DNA from: Narcine bancroftii | Lineage: Eukaryota | Reading direction: 5' to 3' | DNA length: 64,000 bases | Assembly (NCBI RefSeq): GCF_036971445.1 | Contig: NC_091473.1 | Coordinates: forward strand, 170,376,001 to 170,440,000 | Part shown: positions 12,861 through 24,888 of the stretch, piece by piece | How positions within the stretch are numbered: the stretch's first letter is position 1 | Layout of the letters: each line of letters opens with the position of its first letter | Notes under the pieces: model-generated | The model's input: only the letters and a program-made list of their open reading frames with translations | Databases searched by the model: none | What the model was told of the DNA's origin: nothing | Position numbers and translations under genes: made by a program

Positions 12861-13472
12861 GTGTATAAGGTGGTGTGGGCTCATGGGCCTGGAGGACCTG
12901 TTACCACACTGTATCTCTAAATTAAAAACATAGGATCCATTGTGATTGGGTGAGCCAGTCAAAGTGGATTTTGAGTTTGAAGGTAGAATTTGATCTTGTA
13001 TGTAGAAACACATTGAAATGCTAGAGAAACTTAGCTGGTCTTTTGAGTCTACAGAAGACAATGATATAAATCCATACAGTCCAGCTGAAGAATCATCCAA
13101 TTGTTATGCATGTAAATACAGCAAATGAAACATTTAATATCCATTGCCAAAGTCTCTGATCTGATGACGCTCCCTTCTGAGGAGCCATAACCAGATGATT
13201 TTATATATTATCAGCTGTTGATAGTAATGTCACAATTGGTCATTTTGCTCATAACATAAATCAGGTATGCTTTAAACTGAACAGTGTCTGGTTGGTAGAC
13301 AGAAAGACTTCACAGGGTTTTGGATATTCCCATAGCTTGCACAGGATCAGTGGTGCAGCAGCTACCGAGCCTTAGCAGCACACAAGAAGTTCTGAAGCAG
13401 GCTGCAGAGAAACATTCCACCTGAAAATTTGGCATGAATTGTGACCAGGCTTCTTTTTTTTAAAAAAAAGTA

Positions 13473-14127
13473 CCATTTCTAATTGTGTAATCATCTACCC
13501 ACCCCTGCCCGAAAATGGTGTGTTTTCATATGACCCATGTAAAAAATACCCCCCACCCCCCTGACCAATTTTTTTGGCACCATCCGACCTCCTGCCCACA
13601 GATCCTTGCCATTCCCACCTGCAGGAGCTCCTGATGCCCTGACTTCTGGCCCACCAGAGCTCCAAACCCCTGAACCACAGATCCTCACCCTGGCTGCCAT
13701 TAGCTCCTGCTCCAGCCATCCAGCCTCTGAAGCTCCTGAAGTGGATCCACGCTTGGTCACCTTCCCATCTGAGCTCTTGACACCCCAGCCGCCTGCCTAT
13801 CTGAGCTCCAGATGCCCTGTCCTTTGATCTTCACCAGCTGCCTACCTACTGGAGCTCATAAAGTCCTGGATGCCTGCCCAACTGAGCTCCTGACATGCTG
13901 ACCATGAACCTTTGCCCAGCCCCCTGCCCATCTGAGCTCCTGATGCTCTGAACATGAACTCATCACCCAGTCCTGGTCATCCAAGCTTCAGGCAACTTGA
14001 ACAAATCAGGTACTTATTGCTGTCAAAGGTTTGACCCATGTAAAAGTCTTTTTTTCCACCCCCCAAAAAAAAATTGAACCAAAAAAACTCGTCTAAAAAA
14101 TGTAACAATTACATGAGTATATACAGT
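13473..14127. mobile_element. Probable TcMar MITE with internal degenerate ctgagctcc repeats
   Basis: Weak TIR similarity (ccatttctaattgtgtaa / ttacatgagtatatacag) and a repeated tgacccatgtaaaa subterminal motif. Confidence 0.45.
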
Positions 14128-14630
14128 TGTTGACCACTAACGTGAAGTTGGTTATGTTGTGCTATTTTTTCCAATGAATGTCACTGACCAATTTTAGGAA
14201 TATAATTTAATGCATTTAACTAGTTTACGTATTAATGAGTGGTACCCGAGGGTAGAAAAGACATTTACAAAGGCTCATCTAGTGTTGGAATACAATGTTT
14301 TATTTAAATTAGGTGAATAATAAATTGCTTTTTTAAAATCTTAAAAGTATTGTAACAAAATACACTCTAGTGAGCAAGGCTGAATAAATAAGATCCACGA
14401 TATTTTTCAGAAAATTAATTTTTGTATCAGACACAAAGAACTAAAAAGATTATTTCTGTCCTATGTGTGCATTGGGACTCTCAAACTATCTTAACTGATA
14501 AACTGGAGACCTTGTTTTGTGCTTTTCTGTTGTCAGTTATATTGTAGCTCATCACAGCTGTAATCTTCAGAGATGGATTGTTGGGGAATAAAGTATGTGC
14601 ACTAAACACAAGATTTGAGACCACTTCAAT

Positions 14631-15221
14631 AACTTCAAATTTCTGGGTGTCAGCATTTCTGAGGATCTGTCCTGGAGCCTCCATGTTGATGCAATCACAA
14701 AGAAGGCTCACCAGTAGCTATACTTCATGGTGTCTGAGGAGGTTCGGTATGTCACCGAAGACTCTCGTGGATGTACCATGGATAGCATTCTGGCTGGTTG
14801 AATCACTGCCTCACATGGAGGTGCCAAGTCACAGGACAAGAATGAAGTAGTCCAGGGGCTTGTTCACTCGGCCTGTGGCATCACAGGCAGCAGACTTGAC
14901 TCCATCGAGGTAATGTTATTAAAAAAGCTGCCTCTATCCTCGGAGACCCCCACCACCCAGGCCTTGCCCTCTTCACTCCGCTACCATCAGGGAAAAGGGA
15001 CAGGAGCCTAAAGATGAGCACTCAGCGGCTCAAGGATGGCTTCTGCCCTGCTGCCATCAGATTCCTGAATAATAAATGAACCAAAGACACTGCCTTACTT
15101 TTCGTACACTATTTTTAATATAGTAATGTTGTAAGATGGTTATAATATGTATGTTTGCTCTATGATGCTGCCCCAAAACACCGAATTACATGACTTTGTT
15201 CTCGACAATAAATCCGATTCT
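14631..15221 (+). mobile_element. Rex1/Babar LINE 3' fragment
   Basis: Homologous to 8110-8735; ends acaataaatccgattctg. Confidence 0.8.
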
Positions 15222-15735
15222 GGATGCTTTGATCTAATTTATTCCAGAAGAATGGCCCAATTATTAAGTGTATTAAAGAAAAGCTGTGGTAGAGGACTAT
15301 TTTTCAGATGCTTAATTGATTAACTAATCCCTGCATTTATCATGGCAGTGAACTGTCAAGTATTTGCAATTTCCAGATGGTTCAAATTTTTTAACACTTG
15401 CAATACTAAAGTAGAATGAAACTTTTGAGGCAAACCAATTTACATTATTCACAGAAATATTGGACCTCAGATGCTGTTCTTGATGTGTATTCTTTTCACT
15501 TAGGAATTTAGTAACAAGTGAGGAAAACTAGTGAGACGGCAAAATTAATTGAGTTGTAAATTTGTAGTTGGCTTCATCAAAGTTGGGAGAAGACTGGTTT
15601 TAGATTGGTCAAGGAATTGTTAATTGGATGAAGGAAAGAAGTTCTGGGAGAGTGGTGTGAAATATTGCTTCGACATTTTTATATTTCTGTATTTTGAGTT
15701 TAAAACAATATGTACATAACTTTTTTTAATCACAG

Positions 15736-15863
15736 GTCTGCTTCCCCTTACCATGGCTTTACAATCATGAATCGGTTAAACATGAAAAATTTAGTTGAAC
15801 CTATCAACAAAGATCTGGAGTTTCAACTCCAAGACCCATTTCTTCTTTATAGAAATTCAAATT
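15736..15863 (+). CDS. DCP1A: DCP1A coding exon (EVH1 domain, equivalent to human exon 3)
   Basis: ttttaatcacag|...|gtaagt, 128 nt. Translates (R)SASPYHGFTIMNRLNMKNLVEPINKDLEFQLQDPFLLYRNSN, the DCP1 EVH1 core with the NR loop. Confidence 0.96.
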
Positions 15864-16227
15864 GTAAGTATATATCTTCAGCTTTCAATTTTAAACAACA
15901 GTTCAATGTTTTTAATTGGTTTGTTGATGAATTGACCAGTTAATGAAGAATAAAAGTATATTGGGTTTGGGATGCTCTGTGAAGTTGAGATGGAGAAAAG
16001 AGTAGATCTGCTTAAATCCAACTGAAAACATTTGGAAACACTTGGCTCTGACACACATTACCAAAAATTAAAAGTTTATATTCTTCAGTACCAACATCAC
16101 CTGATTTTTTAAAAATTCTACGTCTAATTTTAAATGGATTGTAAGAACAGACACAAATATTATTTGTGGCCAGTGAGGTCACATTATGTAATAACTCCTC
16201 TTTGATAGCTCATTTGGATTGTATACA

Positions 16228-16880
16228 TGTGAGTATTGCTGTGAAAATAATCCTGACGCAAAGTGCACAGACTGTACCACAGGCTTTAATTAAACTTGTA
16301 CACACCAGGTCTCAGTCCACCCCCCCCTGACCCCACATGACTGACTGCTCCAAAGGGGCCAGTTCAAGTCTTTATGTGGGCCAGTGATTGACAGCAGGCA
16401 TGTGGGGCCAGCCTCCCAGTTTGCCTACCTGCAGTAGGGTGGAGGACCATCGCCTTCCCAAGATCGTGTTATATGGCGAGCTCTCCACTGGCCACCGTGA
16501 CAGAGGTGCACCAAAGAAAAGGTACAAGGACTGCCTAAAGAAATCTCTTGGTGCCTGCCACATTGACCACCGCCAGTGGGCTGATATCGCCTCAAACCGT
16601 GCATCTTGGCGCCTCACAGTTCGGCGGGCAGCAACCTCCTTTGAAGAAGACCGCAGAGCCCACCTCACTGACAAAAGGCAAAGGAGGAAAAACCCAACAC
16701 CCAACCCCAACCCACCAATTTTCCCCTGCAGCCGCTGCAACCGTGTCAGCCTGTCCCGCATCGGACTTGTCAGCCACAAACGAGCCTGCAGCTGACGTGG
16801 ACTTTTACCCCCTCCATAAATCTTCGTCCGCGAAGCCAAGCCAAAGAAGTAGGGTGGTTGGAGCGTGGCCAGCAAATACA
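16228..16880 (-). mobile_element. Probable solo LTR hosting the RTE insertion
   Basis: TG...CA ends, imperfect 4-bp flanks taca/tgca, reverse ATTAAA. Confidence 0.5.
16443..16847 (+). mobile_element. RTE-BovB-like LINE 3' end
   Basis: RLPKIVLYGELSTGHRDRGAPKKRYKDCLK and C-terminal CSRC...SH...C finger. Perfect 10-bp TSD agtagggtgg (16433-16442, 16848-16857). Confidence 0.88.
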
Positions 16881-18059
16881 TGCATTTAGGAATCCATCCT
16901 GAGGGCTAAATGAGATAACTGCATTGAAACTGATAAGTTAACCAAATTGGTGAAACATTTAAGGAAACAGAATTTAGAATCAGCAGCGATAGTTGAAATG
17001 CCTTAAGAGTGATATACTATTTGTCAGAGTTCTGTATATTTTTCCTTAAATTTTTTGATTGTTATTTAATTTGAAGCAGGTTTCTCAAAACCTGTTTATT
17101 TTTCTTTTGCTTGAAATCAGTTGAGTTATTTTTGCAATTGCTACTTGTCTGTCAGGTAGACTTTGGAGTTATTTTGCATTTGCAAGTGTTCGTGGAGGTG
17201 TTGAATCGTTTGTTGAGGGCAAAAGTGATAGAACAACTATGTTGAGACAAACAGACAAAACATGGAGGGCTGTCTGTTGTGTTTTACTTGAACCCTGATT
17301 ATAAATAATTGCAGTTGCCCATCCATAAATTGTTGGTCTTGTGTCGCATTCCATCTCAAAACATTAGCTATCCTTTGGTTATACAGTTGCTGTTTGACCC
17401 ACTGAATTTCTTGAATAGTTTGATTTTTGTCCTAGATATCAGCATTTGCATTGTCTTGCATTTCGGTTGTAAACTTGACTTTTGTGTTGAAAAATATGCT
17501 TAATTATCATTATCTAATTAACCTTGGATGATTTACACTTTCATCTCAAGCTATTTCCCCCTTTGTTAATGAAAGCAGTGTAGATTATAATTTGCTGTAA
17601 AGAGTAAGGAACTACAGATTAGGTTTTGATTACTATTCTACCATCTGGCAGAATGCAGTCCTGCTGCTAGGATGCTTAACAAAAAAAAACTAGATTAGGT
17701 GCATTTCATAAAGTTAAATGCATTATAATGATTATTTTTGCTTATGTTGAAATAGTTATCTTTTTAATATAAACCTTTTGTTCAGCCAGTAAAAGTGGTT
17801 TTGAGTTACTTTCTTCCTGCATCCCTATCTACCATAATTCAGGAACACTCATGTTCTTTTAGTGCAACAGTGAAAAACTCGCAGCTCAACATCATACAGG
17901 GTAAAGCAATGCACAGAAGTGCTAGAGAAACTCAGCATGGTATTAAACAGAAGCCACCTGCATCTTGTACACTGCCAAACCATGGCCACCTGCAAAATGT
18001 TTAATTCCATCCATAGGAACATAGGAAGTAGGAACAGGAGTAGGCCAAAAATGACCCAT

Positions 18060-18320
18060 TGTTCACTTCCACCTTCCACCTGTCTCCACTTATTACTTGC
18101 CTGTTGACCTGTGTTCTTCCCCTTTCCCCTTGTCTCCTCTCCTCTTCCTACCTTTTTATTCGGGCATCTGCCTGTTTTTTCCCATTATTCCTGATGACGG
18201 GCCTTGGCCTGAAATGTTTGTTACCCTTTACTTCCTACGAATGCTGTGTGACTTGTTGAGTTTCCCCAGCACATTTTTATATTGCACTTAATCCACCATC
18301 TGCAGGTTTACTTGTTTAAC
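18060..18320 (+). mobile_element. Penelope-like terminal fragment, preceded by a 47-bp minus-strand CR1 tail (18013-18059)
   Basis: ctgatga...gaaa...tgacttgttgagtttccccagc tail. The CR1 tail is a near reverse complement of 3166-3212. Confidence 0.6.
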
Positions 18321-18899
18321 TGACTTCAATATTTGTTCCCGATCACTGATTTACTTGGTATTGATTTGGTGGAAAATAATTCCCTTTGTTTGACTTGAGA
18401 CATTAGTGTAATTTTAAACCTGTGTTAAATCACCCCCTAACCATCATATGAATATTCCCAGTTTCTCTTGTCTTTCCAAAGAAAGGAAGTCTCTCAATTT
18501 TCATGAAATTCTAGTGAACTACCTTGGCACACAACCAAGGAGTCATGAGTCTGCATCTAAGTGTTGTAAACAGTTTTGGCTTCTTTTTCTCCAATTGATT
18601 GCCAGAATTGACAGCATTTCTCCTGCAGCACCCCAAGCAGTCTTTTATAAAGTTCACAAATTACTCGCATCATGTAATAAATTAGAAGTTCAACTTCATA
18701 GAGACAATAACTCAATTAGCAATAATTCCCAATTTTTCCAAACGATAGTTGATTGCACAAGGATATAAACTCGATGGCAGAAGGAGTAGATGAGTGTATC
18801 TCGTGGAAAAATGTATGGTGACGCATTTTGATGAAAAGGATGAGGGGAGCTAATGTAGAAAAAAATTTTGTTTTTAAAAGGGTGTAAAATGGGAAAATA

Positions 18900-19500
18900 A
18901 TGACATAAATTTTTGAATTTTATCAATAGAGGTATAAAAGCAGGAAAGACGTGCTTAACTTTTATAAATTATTGGTCCTGCTTTGACTGGAGTTTTGCAT
19001 TCAATGCAAATTCCCTCACTGAAGAAAACACAGAGACATTAAAGAGGATCCAGAAAACATTCACAAGAATTGTTCCAGGGAATGAGGACTGATGTTTGAA
19101 GGAGAGATTAGAGGCTGGGACTGTTTTCCAGAGAAAGGAGCAGGCTGAGTGGCACTGCTCCAAGTATATAAAATGAGGAGGGATCTCAACAGTGGTAGTG
19201 AGAATGATGAACACCAATCACTGGTATGAATGGAAAAGAATTAACAATGATTTTTTTTTTAAAAAAACAACTTTTTGTATATGGTGTGGGGCAGAATTTA
19301 GAATGCACTGCCATTGTATACAGTGGAAGCAGTTTCCACTGAGACCTTCACTGATACAACTAAATAATCAGGAAAAATATATAGGGCTGTAAAGAAGGGG
19401 ATGGCTTTTGCACTTGTTGGTTTCTGTGGTCAAGAATGGGCATGGATATAGTGAACTAAGTGACCACCTCCTGTGCGGTAAACATTCTATAATTCTATAA
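18900..19500 (+). mobile_element. Old CR1 3' fragment
   Basis: Degenerate CR1 C-terminal coding and (ttctataa) tail. Confidence 0.65.
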
Positions 19501-20128
19501 TTGGCTGTCTTGAACAGAACCATCAATGTTTGTGCACAAGTGCAACATTTTGTTTTCTAAAAAAAACAAGATGCCGGCAGCTAATTCCAAACACAACCTT
19601 TGGGTGATGAAACGGTTAATAAAACTGTTAAATCTGACTCCTTTTGCACTTGCATGCAAGCTAGATTTGGTTTGTGGATTAAACTTGGCTTTACTTTAGG
19701 AAGTATCTGTTATGATTTGTGTTGCTGTTTAAAAACAAAATGTGTTATAAGAACACATTGATTATCCTTTAGTTCCAAAGTATGCTGAGAGTTTCTCAAC
19801 ATTTTTGTTTATTGCACAATCCTTACACTGTCTGCAGACATTCCTATTTAACAAGAACATATGGTTGAATGCAAAATTGTCTTCCTGTTATGCACTTGTT
19901 AAAATGGAAAAATTGTTTCTTAAGGTAAATATTAACTCAGTGATATTTAGGCTTTGAAGAGATGTTACTGTTTACATCCGCCTACCCAAATGCTTATCAT
20001 TGGAAGGAATATATTTTGTATGTCTTTCATTCATCCAAAACTAATTTTTTGCTTTGGCCCAGTTCTGCACTGTACAACTGCTGAATAAGAAATTACTTCA
20101 TTAATTCCCAATTTAGGTTCATTTGTAC

Positions 20129-21495
20129 TGTGACAGAGTATATAGATATGTTTTTGGGAAATAAATTGGGAAAGGTTTGTTAGAGTTGATACGTATAAAC
20201 AATTTAAAACCGATCTCATTTAAAATACTGGAGCTCTGCCCCAGGCTAGACATATTGGGGCCTCAGAGCTTTTGCAAGAGCTTTGAAGACTGCTCAAGAG
20301 ACTTCACTAATGGATTGTTGTCTACAAAAGGCAACAGATGAAAGAGCTTGTTGGAGCTGCATATTGTCTAGAGGAGAGCTTGCTGTTGGAAGAGGGTCAT
20401 GTGGTTTTGCAAGCAGAGTCAAACAGACTTGCATACAGAGACACACAGACACACCCACACACCACTTGTACAGTGTTACAGCTAGCAGAAGTAGCTGGGA
20501 CTGGAACAGAACAAGCTGGCAAACTTATAGAAAGGCCATTTGAAAGATGGCCTGCTCAAAGCCCTTGTGGTTAATGCAAGAGGAGAGGACTGGGTGTCTA
20601 ATGTTTCACTTGGAATAAGAGAAACAAAAAGGAACTCTGTGGTGACCTAAAAGAAAGAGGTTATCTGGAGAGCCCTGAAGGGGCAAGTTTCGTCAGCAAG
20701 GCACTGGAGTGGCTGATGGAAGTATATCAGTTGTGGATGTCCTGGAATAACAAATCTCTCTCTGAAAACCAACAAGAACCTTCCTTAGCGGTAACCATTT
20801 ACCTTTCAAGCATAAAGTCCTGGTGAACTTTATAAATGTTAAATTCTGTGCACAGTATAAGAATTGCCTGCAACCATTGAACTTGGAGGAATGAGAAGTG
20901 AGATTCTGGCAGGACTGGACAGAATGGATGCAGATGGGATGTTTCCAATGATGGGAAAATCCAGAACCCGGGGCCATGGTTTGAGGATAATAGGCAAACC
21001 ATTTAGGACCGAGATGAAGAGGAATTTCTTTACCCAGAGGGTGGTGAATCTGTGGAATTCATTGCCACAGAGGGCAGTAGAGGCAGGTTCATTAAATCTA
21101 TTTAAGAGGGAATTAGATCTATTTCTTCAGTATAAGGGTATTAAAGGTTACGGAGAGAAGGCGGGGATGGGGTACTGAACTTTAAGATCAGCCATGATCT
21201 CGTTGAATGGCGAAGCAGGCTCGAAGGGTCGAATGACCTACTCCTGCTCCTATCTTCTATGTTTCTATATTGGACTGTGAACCAAAGAACTTTTCTGAAC
21301 ACACACACATTATATACATGTGCGCTTAGAACTAGAAGGGGGTTAAGTTAGGTGAGTTAAGTCAATAGTGATAAGTTAAAGTGTGATTATGCTTTCATGT
21401 TTAAAGATAATTAAAAGCAACTTTTGTTTAAGTAACCATTTGTCTTGGTGAATATCTATTGCTGCTGGGTTTTGGCGTCCTCTGGGCTCGTAACA
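20129..21495 (+). mobile_element. Solo LTR (family A) with nested CR1
   Basis: TGTGACAG...GTAACA ends, perfect 4-bp TSD GTAC; homologous to 48782-49759. Confidence 0.88.
20903..21268 (+). mobile_element. Young CR1 3' end inserted in the LTR
   Basis: ILAGLDRMD...GYGEKAG plus tail. The att at the junction is duplicated relative to the empty LTR at ~49530. Confidence 0.92.
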
Positions 21496-22097
21496 GTACC
21501 TGTATCAGCATTTTATTTGTTCAAATCTTGGATACTCGGGGACATATTTAGCCTTAAGCATTTGATGTCAGTTGCATTTTTTTCTGTCGAAAAGTGTTTC
21601 CCAGTCATTGAAATCCTCAATTCTGGAACCAGCCAAAATATATTTTTTTCTTTTGTGCATTCACCAGGTTTGAACTTGCACCAAGTGTTGAGTTCATACA
21701 TCAAATATTATTCATGGTTGTACTCTTGCTTCATTATTTGATATTATTCTGTGAACTTAAAATAATCAAACAAGAAACACCTTTTACTTTACCTGATACC
21801 TCTCGATTTCTGAATTTTTGGAAGAGACCACAATTCCACTCAGCATTTTTGGCTAAATCTCTGGGTGTTTCAATCTTGATCGATCCATCAGTGCCGTTTA
21901 TTAAACATGAAGTTATCACTGACCTGAACGGTCGTTTACATGTATCGTCTGGTAAACTATATAATAAACTTTGTTTACATTAATGGTCATAATATTGATG
22001 ATCCAAATTTTTTTGAACATCTTTTCTCTCTTTTACCAGATATGAATATATATTCTTTGATGGTAGGTGATGATTTAAACTATTGACTTGGTCTGAT

Positions 22098-23808
22098 ATA
22101 GAAACATAGAAGATAGGAGCAGGAGTAGGTCATTCGACCCTTCGAGCCTGCTCCGCCATTCAACGAGATCATGGCTGATCTTAAAGTTCAATACCCCGTC
22201 CCCGCCTTCTCTCCGTAACCTTTAATACCCTTATACTGAAGAAATAGATCTAATTCCCTCTTAAATAGATTTAATGAACCTGCCTCTACTGCCCTCTGTG
22301 GCAATGAATTCCACAGATTCACCACCCTCTGGGTAAAGAAATTCCTCCTCATCTCGGTCCTAAATGGTTTGCCTATTATCCTCAAACCATGGCCCCGGGT
22401 TCTGGATTTTCCCATTATTGGAAACATCCCATCTGCATCCATTCTGTCCAGTCCTGCCAGAATTTTATATGTCTCTATGAGATCCCCTCTCAATCTTCTA
22501 AACTCCAGCGAGTACAATCCCAATTTGCGCAGTCTTTCCTCATAAGTCATTCCTGCCATTCCAGGTATTAGCCTGGTGAATCGCCTCGGCACTCCCTTCA
22601 TTGCAAGAACATCCTTCCTTAGATAAGGTGACCAAAACTGCACACAATACTCCAGGTGTGGTCTCACCAAGGCCCTGTACAGCTGCAGTAAGGTATCCTT
22701 GTTCCTATACTCAAACCCTCTTGATATGAAGGCCAACATACCATTTGCCTTTTTAACCGCCTGCTGTACCTGCATGCTCGCCTTCAGAGACTGATGTACA
22801 AGTACCCCTAGGTCTCTCTGCACTTCCCCATCTCTTAATCTATTGCCATTCAAATAGTAATCTGCCCTCCGGTTTGTATTACCAAAGTGGATAACCTCAC
22901 ATTTATCTACATTGTAGTGCATTTGCCATGTATCTGCCCAGTCCCTCAATTTATCCAAATCACACTGGAGCTTCCTGACCCCCTCTTCCGTGCACATAAC
23001 CCCTCCTAGCTTAGTGTCATCTGCAAATTTGGAGATATTACATCCAATCCCCTCATCCAGATCATCAATGTAAATTGTGAACAGCTGGGGTCCCAGTACA
23101 GATCCCTGTGGTACCCCACTGGTCACCGCCTGCCACTCAGAAAACGAGCCATTTATCCCAACTCTCTGTCTTCTACCTGCCAGCCAGTTCTCAATCCACA
23201 TCAATACTTTGCCCCCAATCCCATGAGCCTTGATTTTGGAAGCCAGTCGTTTATGCGGGACCTTATCGAAGGCCTTTTGGAAGTCCAGGTACACCACGTC
23301 CACTGGCTCTCCCCCATCTATTTTACCTGTCACCATCTCAAAGAATTCCAGTAGATTTGTCAAGCACGATTTACCTTTTGTAAATCCATGTTGACTCTGT
23401 CCGATCCCTTCTCTACTAGTCATATGCTCCGCTATTACATCCTTAATTTTGCCCACTACTCATGTAAGGCTCACCGGCCGATAATTCCCCACTTTTTCTC
23501 TACCCCCCTTTTTAAATAGTGGGGTAACATTAGCTACCCTCCAATCCATGGGTACTGATCCTGAGTCTATCGAGTTCTGGAAAATAATTCTTAAAGCATC
23601 TGCTATCTGAATGGTCACTTCCTTGAGTACCCTAGGATGTAGATTATCAGGCCCTTGGGATTTATCTGCCTTCAATCCCATCAATTTCCCCAAGACCATG
23701 TCCTTAGAGATACTGATTTCTTTCAGTTCCTCCCTTGCTTTAGTCTCTATGTTTCCCAACAACCTTGGGAGGTTATTTGAATCCTCTCTTGTAAAAACAG
23801 AACTAAAG
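22098..23808 (-). mobile_element. Young CR1 ORF2 RT region, 5'-truncated
   Basis: 422-aa ORF with GVPQGSVLGP and FADD; one stop at 23460-23462; tail at 22098. Confidence 0.95.
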
Positions 23809-23809
23809 T

Positions 23810-24888
23810 GACCGCTTGTCTCATAAGATCGCTAATTTAAATAAGCCGCTTTTCTGATAAATTGTTATATTCCAAGGTTATTGATGTATAGAGATTTCTT
23901 CATCTTGTTGATTTTAAAAATTCTATTTTTTCCCAATGTCCATCATACATATTCTTATATCGATTACTTTCTTATAGGCCAACAATTAATTTATTTTGAG
24001 GACTTTTGTTTTTATGAAAGTGTGCTAATTTCTGACCATTTTAGTGATTTTTTTTATGTCTATTAATATCCCAGATTTACCTAGAATTACTAAACAATAG
24101 CAGTTGAATATCCTTTTGTTATTGGACCTTGATTTTTTTGAAATTCATTTGTTCTTGAAAAAAATGTTTATATTCTGTCCATCTGTTTTACCTTCTATTT
24201 CTCTGTGCAGATCTTGGTCTTCTTCTTCCTCTTTTTCTGTGTCTACACCTATGTTTGTGTCTTCTTCTCTTCCTTGTGTCTGTGTCTCTTTTGACTTTCC
24301 TGATGAGTTGCTTGTCTCACTTTGCTGGGCTTCTCCTTGCTGTTGGTCCTCCTCTGGGCTACTCATCTGTTGGGCCTCCTGCTGCTGCTCTTCTTTCCTT
24401 TCACTCCCTTTCCTGTCGCTTTCCTCCTCTTCCAGCTGTGAGGCCTGGTGTTGGGCATCTCTCAGCTGGTCGCGTTGTGTTTGCCTGCTCCTCAGCTGAG
24501 CCCCCCTCCTGTCGGTGTTCTCCTTCTCTTTAGTGAGCGCACTTATGTTTGGCTCAGAGAGCCATTTTTGCAGTCCAGCGGTTGGGAGGTCGCGACTCTG
24601 CGGGGTCGTCACCAACCTCGGAGAATGGGCTCTCTTTTCCACGACAGCTCCCTGTTTCTTCATGCAGGTAAGGCCTTCTCCTTTCTCTTCCGGCGACTTT
24701 TCTTTTTTTCCCGTTGTTTTTACTTTTTCCTTCTTGGGTGCCATTTTCTTTCTTTTCTCTATAACTTTATCTTTTATTTGTTATGTTTTGTATTTCTTGA
24801 ACTTTGTATTTTCTTCACTTTATTTCTTCTTTTCTGGAGAGGGCTGGTATTCCCCTCCTGGCCACTACTCCATCATGTGACTCCTCAA
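23810..24888 (-). mobile_element. L1/Tx1-like 5'UTR and ORF1 N-terminus
   Basis: MAPKKEK... charged/coiled-coil ORF. 5' end motif GGAGTCACATGATGGAGTAG is similar to that of the element at ~1900. Confidence 0.65.

Noticed and set aside
1-15735. DCP1A coding exons 1-2 (including EKTDIEGTLFVY)
   Set aside because: No match seen. GAGAAGACT at ~15587 does not continue in homology, so these exons are probably upstream of the window.
24145-24744. 199-aa Glu/Gln-rich ORF as a host gene
   Set aside because: Lies directly downstream of an L1-like 5' end, so it is best read as a LINE ORF1 N-terminus.
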